A stretch of DNA of 64,000 nucleotides, taken from an uncultured bacterium (lineage in GTDB: Bacteria > Babelota > Babeliae > Babelales > Vermiphilaceae). Location: positions 608,001 through 672,000 of the forward strand of contig OY970172.1 in assembly GCA_963707655.1 (NCBI GenBank), read 5' to 3'. The translations under genes and the position numbers were made by a program. Numbering within the stretch: position 1 is the stretch's first letter; every line of letters starts with the position of its first letter. The notes under the pieces were generated by a model. It searched no databases and was not told where the DNA came from. It saw only the letters and a list, made by a program, of their open reading frames with translations. This document shows, one piece after another, positions 19,288 through 29,029 of this stretch.

Positions 19288-20202
19288 ATGGAAGCACACT
19301 ATTCATCAAAAAAAAGATATATCATATTTATCTTGGCGCTCCTCATTCATGCCCTACTTGCTTTGATTTTATTTATGACTTTTTTTGAAAAAAAACTTGA
19401 TTGTTTGTTACCCACTCATCAGAATACCGATCTTGATTTAAAAAAAGATTGGGCCGCTCGTTTGCCCGCACCAATTTTATTTTATGACATGATCGATGAT
19501 CAACCCAGCATTGCGCAAAAAGAGCAGGAAAACTCTTCTGCTGCACCGATAGAAAAAGAAATAAAAGAAGAAATTGAGCAGGAAGAACATGTCGTGGCAC
19601 ACCACCAGCCTGACAAACTGGAGGCCCCTGAACATCGATTCCCCGCAATGGAAAAACCAAACACTCTCATTGAAAACGTGGCAATCAATGTTGATCAAGA
19701 GAAAAAAACAGCACCACGCGCACAACAACAAAAAGCTCGCGCTAAGAAAGTGCCGTCACAAAAAACAACAATGACTCTTGCCGATCTGACAAAAATGTAT
19801 AAAAAACAGCTCCAAGAGGTACCTATTGAAAACATGTTCCTGCAGGGAGTTCCTGATAAATTACCGCCGGACAAGCAAATTAGTTTTGAACGATACAAAA
19901 CAAAAATTAATAGCATTATTAATGATATGTATAAAATTTATAGGAATGAGATGGGACCGGTACCACCAAATCTTTCAGTCAAAGTCTATGTGGCAATGGA
20001 GCGCAAAGGAATTTTTAAAGATCTCTATCTGGCGACCTCCAGCGGTTATCCGCTCATTGATAAATGCGTGATGAAAATTTACCGGGAAGCAAGCGATCGC
20101 TTTCCGCCGATTCCTAAAGGGCTGGAAGAAGAGTTGTTCAAAGGCTTTATTATCTTACAAAGTGGTTATCGCACGTCGGGGGGCAACTGGTTGCCTTTTT
20201 GA
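19288..20202 (+). CDS. TonB/TolA-like periplasmic protein
   Basis: N-terminal TM ending in HAL, charged linker, C-terminal SSGYPLID...FPPIP. Confidence 0.65.
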   Translation: MEAHYSSKKRYIIFILALLIHALLALILFMTFFEKKLDCLLPTHQNTDLDLKKDWAARLPAPILFYDMIDDQPSIAQKEQENSSAAPIEKEIKEEIEQEEHVVAHHQPDKLEAPEHRFPAMEKPNTLIENVAINVDQEKKTAPRAQQQKARAKKVPSQKTTMTLADLTKMYKKQLQEVPIENMFLQGVPDKLPPDKQISFERYKTKINSIINDMYKIYRNEMGPVPPNLSVKVYVAMERKGIFKDLYLATSSGYPLIDKCVMKIYREASDRFPPIPKGLEEELFKGFIILQSGYRTSGGNWLPF

Positions 20203-20294
20203 AAAACTCACTTCAAATGTTGCTTTTCTTAAAATAAATTGGGTAGCCTCTGCCTATAAGCAAGACTAAATCAAAATCGGAAATTAAGAAAAGT

Positions 20295-21710
20295 ATGAAA
20301 TTACCGAAAATAACCAGAAAAAATATAACTATCGCGAGCAGCATCGTCATAGCAATTTGTGCTCTGGCACTTGCATACACCATATACGATTATATGACAA
20401 CGCATCACAAGCAAAAGGCAAGGCTCCATGAAACAAAAACATTTGTACCGCAAGCAGAAGCCCAATCAACGCAAGATTTAGCTATCATTTTGCAGAAAAA
20501 AATAATTCGCGCTTTGCTATTGGGGACTGCAATACTCTTTTTACTCAGCATCATGCTATCAAAAGCGTATACGGGCAATAGACATTCATTATGGTTTTTG
20601 GCTATTTTTTTCTCTCTGCTTTTGGCCGCTGACATTGTTGTTATCTGGTATTTCGAAGTACGATTGGCACGTTTAAAAATGCAAAGCAATATTGTAGAAA
20701 ACGACGCCGATGTAGAAAAATTTTTTGAGATACATAGGGCTCAAAACCCTAACATTTATGAAGGAAAATTTCATTACGTACCTATCGGATTTCTTTGGTA
20801 TTCAATAATACTCAATGAGAAGATTCAAGGGGACATTGGAGATGTGCATTTATATTCCTATCCCTGGATAACGTATGATCTTTCCACAGACAAAGAACTT
20901 AAAGAGAAGATCGATAAGAATATTAATGCCGGCGTTTTTATTAGCATGAACGCTATTAATGAAATAAGATGGGCTCTTTCCGGGATCACCCAAGGCAATA
21001 AATATGTATTGAATTGGCAAGAAGATATAGCTCTTCATACTGATTTCAATTACAGAAAATATCCTTTTGATCAGCAACAAATTATTATACGTTTTGAACA
21101 TTATGACTCGCTCACAAGAATTATGCTTCTTCCCGACTTTGAAGCATACAAGATGGCCACCACCAAATATCCCCCCATCGATAAAAATATCAACTTGTCG
21201 GGCTGGAAAATTACCAATGCCTATTTTTGTTATGTTTTAAGCAATTACTCAACCGATTTTGGCATAAAAAATTATTGGCAAGTTAAAAACTATCCCTTTC
21301 TAACATACATTATTCAAATTCAACGTAATTTTACCGAACCGCTCGTTACTGGACTGCTACCTATACTTATTATTCTTTTTATTATTTTTGCGAGTCTACT
21401 CATACTCTCAAAAGTAACGAGTCCAAAAGATACAATTAACGGTATTCTCGCGTTACTTTCAAGTCTTTTTTTCGCCAATTTGATTTCTTATCAAACCTTG
21501 CAAAATACTATATTGTCGCCCAGCATAACCTACTTTAAATTATTTTATATCATAACGTACGTTATTATTTTTGTTGCAACCACGAATTGCTTGCTCTACG
21601 TATATAAACCAAATTCGTTTCTACATTATGATAAAAATTTTATTTCACGATTACTCTACTGGCCCGTGGTTATGACAATTTTTTTTGTTATAACACTTAT
21701 CTTTTTTTAA
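20295..21710 (+). CDS. Pentameric ligand-gated ion channel homologue (Pro-loop), paralog 2
   Basis: DFNYRKYPFDQQ, LSGWKI, IQRNF...LLP, four C-terminal TMs. Confidence 0.8.
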   Translation: MKLPKITRKNITIASSIVIAICALALAYTIYDYMTTHHKQKARLHETKTFVPQAEAQSTQDLAIILQKKIIRALLLGTAILFLLSIMLSKAYTGNRHSLWFLAIFFSLLLAADIVVIWYFEVRLARLKMQSNIVENDADVEKFFEIHRAQNPNIYEGKFHYVPIGFLWYSIILNEKIQGDIGDVHLYSYPWITYDLSTDKELKEKIDKNINAGVFISMNAINEIRWALSGITQGNKYVLNWQEDIALHTDFNYRKYPFDQQQIIIRFEHYDSLTRIMLLPDFEAYKMATTKYPPIDKNINLSGWKITNAYFCYVLSNYSTDFGIKNYWQVKNYPFLTYIIQIQRNFTEPLVTGLLPILIILFIIFASLLILSKVTSPKDTINGILALLSSLFFANLISYQTLQNTILSPSITYFKLFYIITYVIIFVATTNCLLYVYKPNSFLHYDKNFISRLLYWPVVMTIFFVITLIFF

Positions 21711-21809
21711 ATTAAGAGGTTAAGAGTTGAGCTAAAATATTGCACGGTCCAGGATATAACTGAATAACATCAAACCAAAGTATAAACAAAGCGTAAAAAG
21801 GCTAACAAA

Positions 21810-23159
21810 ATGAAAAAATTAGGAAAAAATAAGCCTGCCACCCTCGCGATCGCTATTTTAACAGCATGTGCTGTTGGCATTTTTGGTTATCTATCCCATA
21901 GTTACATGAAGCTTTATAGCATTAAGCCAGTACCCCATACTTGGGTTAATATCGATCAGAAAAAAGATTTTGATCAACCGGAAATGTTGAGAAAAAAAAC
22001 GATTCAATGCATAACAATGATCATTATTGTTCTTGCCTTGTTTATCATTTTTTTGACTGCATTTCATAATTTTGAGCGGCTTTGGTTATGGATCGCTGCA
22101 ATATCTTTATCATGTTTATTATGTATCGGCATTATTTTAATCTGGCATTTGGAAATTAAAAAAACTGAATTCAAAATCGATTATAATGTGGTTGCTAATG
22201 ATGAGGATGTGAAAAATTTTTTTACTGCTCATAAAAAAGAAAATCCAAAAATATATGAGCCCGAAGCTCATTTTCTTCCTGTCGGCTTTCTTTTTTATTC
22301 GATTGAAATTAATGAGGAGCGAATCACTATTGGCAGCTATCCATGGCTAAAGAGAAATATGAAAAAAGATAGCGACATTCCCAATATTTTTATTGCAATG
22401 AATGCTACACAAGAAACAAAAACATGGACCGTAGACAATAGGCGCGTTGGTGATATTGAAGATGCATCTTGGCAGGAACAGTTGCAAATTGAAAGCCATT
22501 TCAACTATGCGAAATATCCCTTTGATCAGCAAGATATCGTCATCCGATTTGAGGAAGAAGAAACACTGAAAAAAACAATTCTATTGCCTGATTTCGGCGC
22601 ATATCTACCAGGTAACCCTTATCCGCCACTAGATCCCTCTTTTCACCTTGATGGCTGGACCATAAAAAATGCCTATTTTTTCTATGACTTATCTGATTAT
22701 TCAACCAATTTTGGTATAAAGGATTACTGGCAAGTTAAAAATTATCCCTTTCTTGGCTATGTCATCCGGGTACAACGCAATTTTTTTGAACCGCTTTTTT
22801 CCGGCTTGATACCAATAATTATTATTTTATTTATTACTTTTGCATGTCTATTATTATTGCCAAATCAGAAAGGGGCCGACATTCGACTCATTCTCGCGCT
22901 TTTATCAAGTTTGTTTTTTGCCAATGTTCTTTCTTACCAAAACTTACAAACAATGATACTCACCCCCGACATCACCTATCTCAAAAGTTTTTATATCATA
23001 GCATATGTCGTCATTTTTTTAGTGGCCGTCAATATCATACTGTATGTATACCGCGCCAATGAAGTGATTATTTATAAAAGCAATCTACTTGCACGGCTAT
23101 TGTATTGGCCCGTTGTTTTAAGCATTTTTTTTATAGCGACGCTTATCTTTTTTTATTGA
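21810..23159 (+). CDS. Pentameric ligand-gated ion channel homologue, paralog 3 (tandem duplicate)
   Basis: FNYAKYPFDQQ, LDGWTI, VQRNF..LIP; shares YWQVKNYPFL and RLLYWPVV with 20295. Confidence 0.8.
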   Translation: MKKLGKNKPATLAIAILTACAVGIFGYLSHSYMKLYSIKPVPHTWVNIDQKKDFDQPEMLRKKTIQCITMIIIVLALFIIFLTAFHNFERLWLWIAAISLSCLLCIGIILIWHLEIKKTEFKIDYNVVANDEDVKNFFTAHKKENPKIYEPEAHFLPVGFLFYSIEINEERITIGSYPWLKRNMKKDSDIPNIFIAMNATQETKTWTVDNRRVGDIEDASWQEQLQIESHFNYAKYPFDQQDIVIRFEEEETLKKTILLPDFGAYLPGNPYPPLDPSFHLDGWTIKNAYFFYDLSDYSTNFGIKDYWQVKNYPFLGYVIRVQRNFFEPLFSGLIPIIIILFITFACLLLLPNQKGADIRLILALLSSLFFANVLSYQNLQTMILTPDITYLKSFYIIAYVVIFLVAVNIILYVYRANEVIIYKSNLLARLLYWPVVLSIFFIATLIFFY

Positions 23160-23355
23160 AGAAATAAAACCCTCACCGGCTCTATACACCGATTCCAAGC
23201 TCTTACTTAGATATTTTTAATTTCGTATCGAGCTCGTCTACTTGTGCTTTTTTATAAAAATTGATATAATTTTTAATCATAAAATAACATTTCATATTGC
23301 CTCGGTCTGTTACCAAAAAAATTCCAGCCGTTCAGCTATTGGAAAAGGAGCATCG

Positions 23356-24114
23356 GTGCCTATACCCATTCTTGAAATAAAAAACATTAGCAAAGTCTAT
23401 CGCGCCGGAACAAAGTCTGTTCACGCTCTCGACGATGTTTCACTCACTCTTTTTCAAGGTGAAATATTTGGTCTTCTTGGCGTGAATGGCGCAGGCAAAA
23501 CAACATTATCGTCCCTCATCGCCACGCTTCATCCTCCCACATCAGGAACCATACTCTTTAGAGGTGAATCGATTTATGAAAATTTGGTTAATTACCGCCG
23601 ATCACTCGGCTTTTGCCCCCAATCACAAAATCTTGATCAATTTTTAACCGTAGAAGAGAATCTCATCTTTGCCGGCCGCTATTTTTTGATGCCTGAAGAA
23701 CAAATAAAAGAGCGCGTAAGAAAATTGATGCACGATTTAGAGCTCACTCGTTATGCAGATTTTAATATAAATGCTCTTTCCGGTGGCACAAAGCAGCGCG
23801 TACTCATCGCTCGCGCGCTTATGCATCATCCCGCTATTATCATTCTTGACGAACCAACCGTTGGGCTCGATCCCGATATTCGTCGTAAATTGTGGGATTT
23901 AATTCTTGATCTAAAAACCCAAGGCATAACCATTATCTTAACAACCCACTATCTTGATGAAGCAGAAGTCTTGTCTGACCGAATTTGCATATTAAATAAA
24001 GGAAAAGTGGTAATGGTTGAGTCAGTGCAAACACTCAAAACAAAGCATGAAATGGCCACACTAGAAGAAATCTTTTTACGACTCTCCAAAGAAGGATTTA
24101 TTCAAGAAGGCTAA
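23356..24114 (+). CDS. ABC-2 exporter ATP-binding protein
   Basis: GVNGAGKT, LSGG, LDEPT, TTHY; GTG start after an AGGAG RBS. Confidence 0.95.
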   Translation: MPIPILEIKNISKVYRAGTKSVHALDDVSLTLFQGEIFGLLGVNGAGKTTLSSLIATLHPPTSGTILFRGESIYENLVNYRRSLGFCPQSQNLDQFLTVEENLIFAGRYFLMPEEQIKERVRKLMHDLELTRYADFNINALSGGTKQRVLIARALMHHPAIIILDEPTVGLDPDIRRKLWDLILDLKTQGITIILTTHYLDEAEVLSDRICILNKGKVVMVESVQTLKTKHEMATLEEIFLRLSKEGFIQEG

Positions 24115-24131
24115 AAAAATAAGGACCCGAG

Positions 24132-24926
24132 TTGGTATATTTTACAGACAACTACAACTTTCGTATTTTCTGTGCATTGATACGGCGAGACATTAAAGTT
24201 TTTGCGTCGGAGCTCATTGACACAATAATTGATGGCATCGTCTTGGTTGTTACAGAAATATTGTTGTATAGCCATTTCTTGCCTCTCATGGGCATGCCCT
24301 CTACCGAGATCGCTCCCATGTATATAGGAAGCCTTGTGTTTGTACTCTTCTTTTTAGGAGAGAATTTATCAATAAGCCATCTGTTTGATCTTAAATATGA
24401 ACGATTTATAGATTATCAATTACTTTTGCCTATTTCCCGCCCGTGGTTATTTGCTCATTACCTTGTCTCTTTCATTATTGAGTCATCAATCATAAGCGGC
24501 CTACTCCTGGTGTTTGGATTACTTCTTTTGGGTAACAAATTTGCCGTTATCAGCCCTAATTGGTTTGGCCTTGTCGCCATCTATTTCTTAAGTTTAATTT
24601 TCTTTGGTCTCTTTTTTTTATTTCTCGCTTTCATTGCCCACTTTGAATGGTTTATGGATAATGTCTGGCCACGAGTTCTATCACCGCTTTATGCGTTTGG
24701 CTGCACCGTGTTTGTATGGAGCAAGGTAAATCAGCTTTCTCCATGGCTCGCCAAGTTTTGTCTCCTCAATCCACTCACCTATGTGAGCGAGGGATTACGA
24801 GCAGCAGCTATTGGCGGTTCTGATTTTATTCCCTTATGGATATGCATAACCGTGGTGAGTTGCACCATCATTGCACTTTTTTATGCGCTCATGCTCGGCA
24901 TCAAAAAAACATTGGATCCTGTATGA
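24132..24926 (+). CDS. ABC-2 permease (type A)
   Basis: Six TMs; NPLTYVSEGLR. Confidence 0.85.
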   Translation: MVYFTDNYNFRIFCALIRRDIKVFASELIDTIIDGIVLVVTEILLYSHFLPLMGMPSTEIAPMYIGSLVFVLFFLGENLSISHLFDLKYERFIDYQLLLPISRPWLFAHYLVSFIIESSIISGLLLVFGLLLLGNKFAVISPNWFGLVAIYFLSLIFFGLFFLFLAFIAHFEWFMDNVWPRVLSPLYAFGCTVFVWSKVNQLSPWLAKFCLLNPLTYVSEGLRAAAIGGSDFIPLWICITVVSCTIIALFYALMLGIKKTLDPV

Positions 24927-25732
24927 AACAAATGACATTATCAAAACATGAGAGAATCCGTATCTTTTTTGCGTTTTTGAAGCGAGATTTTTATGTCTAC
25001 TTCAAAAGAATACATACGTACACCATCAACTTTGTTATCCTCTATCCACTCACCTATATTATTTCATTTGCCTATATTCAGGCAAAAGTCTATTTTGGCA
25101 CTGAAAATGTTACGCAAGCAACTATATTTTTTGCCGGCAATGTAATTTTACTTATTATGAGCCTTGCATTTGAATTTACCATCACCCTGCTCTTTGATTT
25201 AGAAAATGAACATACGACTGATTATCGCATAACTATCCTTGACCCATGGCTGGTGTTAGTGGAACACGTTACGTTCACCACGCTTTTTTCTTTTATTCTT
25301 TTACTTCCTTTTTTTCCTATCACGGTACTCTGCCTGCAAAACAATTTTGACAGCTCTCATATATCGTGGCCATTGCTCTTCCTTATGCTCTTTTTAAGCT
25401 GCCTATGTGGCGCTGCGTACCATATACTCGTCGCATGCGCATTAAAAAATTCAAAACAGATTGTCCATTTTTGGATGCGTTGCAATCTTCCTTTAATTAC
25501 TCTTGGCGGTTTTTGGACCCCGTGGTATATTATGAATCAGTACTCACACACTTTGGGAATACTGAGCCTCTTTAACCCTTTACTGTACGCAACAGAAGGA
25601 ATACGACAGGCAATTATTGGAGGAAATATGTTTTTATCGGCAAGCATCTGCGCCATTGTTTTAATAATTTTTTCTTTTGTGTTTACCGGTGTTGCCCTGT
25701 ATTTGTTCAAGAAGAAGGTGGATCATATCTAA
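24923..25732 (+). CDS. ABC-2 permease (type B)
   Basis: LGGFWTPW, NPLLYATEGIR, C-terminal KKKVDHI. Confidence 0.85.
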   Translation: MKQMTLSKHERIRIFFAFLKRDFYVYFKRIHTYTINFVILYPLTYIISFAYIQAKVYFGTENVTQATIFFAGNVILLIMSLAFEFTITLLFDLENEHTTDYRITILDPWLVLVEHVTFTTLFSFILLLPFFPITVLCLQNNFDSSHISWPLLFLMLFLSCLCGAAYHILVACALKNSKQIVHFWMRCNLPLITLGGFWTPWYIMNQYSHTLGILSLFNPLLYATEGIRQAIIGGNMFLSASICAIVLIIFSFVFTGVALYLFKKKVDHI

Positions 25733-25733
25733 C

Positions 25734-26525
25734 ATGCAGCCAATCTATACAACCAGCATGCGCGTATTTTTAGCATTGTTGAAAAGAACTTTTTTTGTTA
25801 TCGTGCCACAATTAAAAAATACTCTTATTGATGGCCTTTTTTTAACAAGCATTTATGTGCTTCTTTTTGGTTATCTGTATCCTGAAATGGGCATGAGATC
25901 AAACTTTATCGGTCCGGTTTTTATCGGTTCAATTCTTACTTTGCTCTGCAGCCTGAGCTTTAGTTTGGCGGTGCGCATGGTCAATGATCTTAAATATCAG
26001 CGCTTCATCGATTATCTTTTCACCCTGCCCATCGCAAAAACATGGCTCTTTGGCTGGTACGTTGCATCATTTTTAATTGAATTGGTTCTTGCCACTGCCC
26101 CGTTGCTCATGTTTGGCCTCTTCTTGTTGCGCAACAAAATAGATTTAACTCATCTACAGCTCCCTCTTTTCATCCCAATTTACGCGGCGAGCGTGCTTTT
26201 TTGCTCAATTTGTTTTTTGGCGTTCAGCATTTTATATGATTACGAGTGGTTCTTTGATAACATATGGCCGCGCCGGCTCACCCCGTGCTTAATAGCAAGC
26301 TGCTCAATGTTTCCCTGGCAGAAAGTGCACGCTTTTTCTCCATTAATAGGAAAATTATTTTTACTTAACCCAGTAACCTATATTGCCGAAGGATTACGAG
26401 GCGCCTTGTTTGATCCGGCTCTTTCATTGTCCCCATTGGTCTGCCTCGGCATGTTATGTATATGTAATGGATTGGCAGTTTGTTTGCTCATACACAGTGT
26501 TAAAAAAACATTCAATACGGTATAA
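25734..26525 (+). CDS. ABC-2 permease (type A')
   Basis: DLKYQRFIDY, EWFFDNIWPR, NPVTYIAEGLR, as in 24132. Confidence 0.85.
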   Translation: MQPIYTTSMRVFLALLKRTFFVIVPQLKNTLIDGLFLTSIYVLLFGYLYPEMGMRSNFIGPVFIGSILTLLCSLSFSLAVRMVNDLKYQRFIDYLFTLPIAKTWLFGWYVASFLIELVLATAPLLMFGLFLLRNKIDLTHLQLPLFIPIYAASVLFCSICFLAFSILYDYEWFFDNIWPRRLTPCLIASCSMFPWQKVHAFSPLIGKLFLLNPVTYIAEGLRGALFDPALSLSPLVCLGMLCICNGLAVCLLIHSVKKTFNTV

Positions 26526-26530
26526 AATAT

Positions 26531-27337
26531 ATGAATTATTCATCATGCAAAAATCAGACTCTTATTTTTTTACGATTGATGCAGCGAGATTGGTATCAAT
26601 ATAAAGATCGTATTTTTAGTTATTATCTGATTAACTATGCGCTCATATATCCAGCCCTTTATGCATTTTCTTTTGGCTACCTGCAAGCAAATCTTTTTTT
26701 TGGAAATACCGATCCTTTAAAAGGAACTATTCTTTTTGTGGGCAATTTTTTATTGGTCGTCATTGTACTGTCATTCAACCTTGGGCTTGAGTTGCTTTTT
26801 GATCTTGAGCATGATCGAACCGTTGATTATCAGATGACAATCATTAATCCGCGCCTGATAATTATAGAACGCATTTTATTTACTTCATTGTTCACTTTTT
26901 TTATTCTGCTTCCTTATTATCCGGTCGCAAAATTGCTTCTCGGCTCTTTTTTTGTCACCTCTGCACTTTCAATACCAAAAGCCATAGCGCTTTTATATGT
27001 AAGCAGCCTTATGTGCGCAGCATATAATCATTTTGTCGCCTGCGTATTACCAAGCGCTGATTCGATAGGAATATTTTGGCGCCGCGTAAATACGCCGCTG
27101 TTTATGCTTGGTGGTTTCTGGGTGCCCTGGTATGTATTACAAAAATTTTCACCCTGGTTGGGCGCTGTTGCAATGCTGAATCCATTTTTGTATGTAACAG
27201 AAGGCATGCGCCAGGCAGTACTCAACAATAATCTCTTTCTCCCTTTTTGGCATAGCTTTTTTATGCTGCTCCTCTTTACTGCCATGTTTACCGGGGCAGC
27301 ACTGTGGAAATTCAAAAAAAGAGTTGATCATATTTAA
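26531..27337 (+). CDS. ABC-2 permease (type B')
   Basis: LGGFWVPW, NPFLYVTEGMR, KKRVDHI, as in 24923. Confidence 0.85.
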   Translation: MNYSSCKNQTLIFLRLMQRDWYQYKDRIFSYYLINYALIYPALYAFSFGYLQANLFFGNTDPLKGTILFVGNFLLVVIVLSFNLGLELLFDLEHDRTVDYQMTIINPRLIIIERILFTSLFTFFILLPYYPVAKLLLGSFFVTSALSIPKAIALLYVSSLMCAAYNHFVACVLPSADSIGIFWRRVNTPLFMLGGFWVPWYVLQKFSPWLGAVAMLNPFLYVTEGMRQAVLNNNLFLPFWHSFFMLLLFTAMFTGAALWKFKKRVDHI

Positions 27338-27390
27338 ATAAAATCATTTATAAAAGTTTTCTGCATATTTTGTAAAAAATAATTTCTCAC

Positions 27391-27798
27391 ATGCATGAGT
27401 CATCATTTTCTGATACCCAAATCGAACCTGAGGTTTTAGCAGCACTTCATGAAATGATAGCAGCATATGACCCCGAGCAACATAAGGCTGATAGCGCAAA
27501 AAATAAGGAATTGATCGCACAATGGTCAGATGAAGAAAGACAAAGCTATCTTGATGATATGAAGGAGATAATGGGAGATCTTTCCAGCCGTCCGATAGAA
27601 ACTGCAACGGACACCGATGAATTTAATTCTTATCGCGTTGCTCTAGCTGCAATAGAAGAAAGTATAGAAGCACGATCAGCCAATAAAGCTGCGCAAACCG
27701 ATGAATCTGTTGCTTGGCTCGCAAATTTATCAGATGAAGAAAGACAAAGTTTATTGGATGATATGGATGAAATTATGGGTGCGAGCAAAAAGCTATAA
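27391..27798 (+). CDS. Acidic hypothetical protein with internal repeat
   Basis: SDEERQSxLDDMxEIMG occurs twice. Confidence 0.7.
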   Translation: MHESSFSDTQIEPEVLAALHEMIAAYDPEQHKADSAKNKELIAQWSDEERQSYLDDMKEIMGDLSSRPIETATDTDEFNSYRVALAAIEESIEARSANKAAQTDESVAWLANLSDEERQSLLDDMDEIMGASKKL

Positions 27799-27817
27799 AA
27801 AGGATGTATAAAATTTG

Positions 27818-28162
27818 ATGAATCAAATGCAAAAAAAGCATTTCCTTACTTGCCATGCAGTTTTATATCAAGGAATCACTGATGAAGATATATTTTTTGA
27901 ATGGATAACACATATAAAATGCATAGAACATTTTGACGGGGTGGGACTTGATTTGTATCTCTACCTGAAATCAGACACATTATCTTCACACGATTTATAC
28001 GAATTGCTTGGTTTTTTCAAACGATACAACATAGATATGCAACAATTAAGACCATTTTTAACTGAAGAAAATAAAAAACCATTTTTAAAACCAAAAAAAG
28101 CATTTTGGTATAAAGCTCTTTTTGGCGATTTAGCAGAAGTCAAAAGAAGGACTAGACCATGA
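27818..28162 (+). CDS. Small hypothetical protein, paralog family B (1)
   Basis: DEDIFFEW..I.CI, LYLYLKS, ELLGFFKRY.I.M.QLRPFL, WYK.LFG. Confidence 0.75.
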   Translation: MNQMQKKHFLTCHAVLYQGITDEDIFFEWITHIKCIEHFDGVGLDLYLYLKSDTLSSHDLYELLGFFKRYNIDMQQLRPFLTEENKKPFLKPKKAFWYKALFGDLAEVKRRTRP

Positions 28163-28476
28163 ACATGATAGTTAAAAAAAGTGCCTTTCTTGTCTGCGCA
28201 GACGTCAAATACTATGGTCCTACGGATGAATACATGTTTTTTCAGTGGGTAAAAAAAATTCAGTGTATAAAAGATTTTGAAAAAAAAGATAATATTCTCT
28301 ATCTCTATCTTAAATCTCGACGATTATCATCGCTTGATCTCTTTGAATTACTCGGTTTCTTTAAGCGATATAAAATCAATATGAAGCAATTGCGGCCATT
28401 TTTAACCAAGTTCAATACAAAGAATTTTATAAAAGATAAAAAAGCATACTGGCACAAACCTCTTTTTGGCGAATAA
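28159..28476 (+). CDS. Small hypothetical protein, paralog family B (2)
   Basis: Same motifs as 27818. Confidence 0.75.
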   Translation: MNMIVKKSAFLVCADVKYYGPTDEYMFFQWVKKIQCIKDFEKKDNILYLYLKSRRLSSLDLFELLGFFKRYKINMKQLRPFLTKFNTKNFIKDKKAYWHKPLFGE

Positions 28477-28530
28477 CCCATTATCATGAATCAATCAACA
28501 CAAAACAAACATTAAACAAAGGCTACTCGA

Positions 28531-29022
28531 ATGAATCCATATGATCGCCAGCATTGGCATGTTATGTGCCCATCGACTCCAGACATTCAGGAAGAATATA
28601 TAAACGTTTATCCTGAAAATGATGCTTCACAGGTTCCTATAAAAGATACCGTCACGATTACTCTTTTCCCTCAAGCATTTTACTCTCAGAATGATGAGAA
28701 TTTTTTGTTTTATTGGCTCAAATATTTTAAAGGTATTAAGGCGATACAAGGATACAATCTTTATATTGACCCCAATGAAGTTTCTGAAGAAGATATTACT
28801 GATTTGAGAGCTATTTTTAAGAGATATAAATTTCAAGACATACAGCAGCTGTACTTGTTTAAGAATAAAGACAACAAAAACTTATTTGAATCCTTTGGTC
28901 CTCTAGAAGACGATGAGGAAATCATAAAAAATAAAGCGTTGTATGAGGAATTTAGAAATTGTTCTGTACCCGCGGAAGTCTTGGAGCAAATGAAATATGA
29001 TCAAGAAAATCCTAATGATTAA
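28531..29022 (+). CDS. Hypothetical protein, divergent paralog family B (3)
   Basis: FYSQNDENFLFYW, DLRAIFKRY...QQL.LF. Confidence 0.65.
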   Translation: MNPYDRQHWHVMCPSTPDIQEEYINVYPENDASQVPIKDTVTITLFPQAFYSQNDENFLFYWLKYFKGIKAIQGYNLYIDPNEVSEEDITDLRAIFKRYKFQDIQQLYLFKNKDNKNLFESFGPLEDDEEIIKNKALYEEFRNCSVPAEVLEQMKYDQENPND

Positions 29023-29029
29023 TGGCGGA

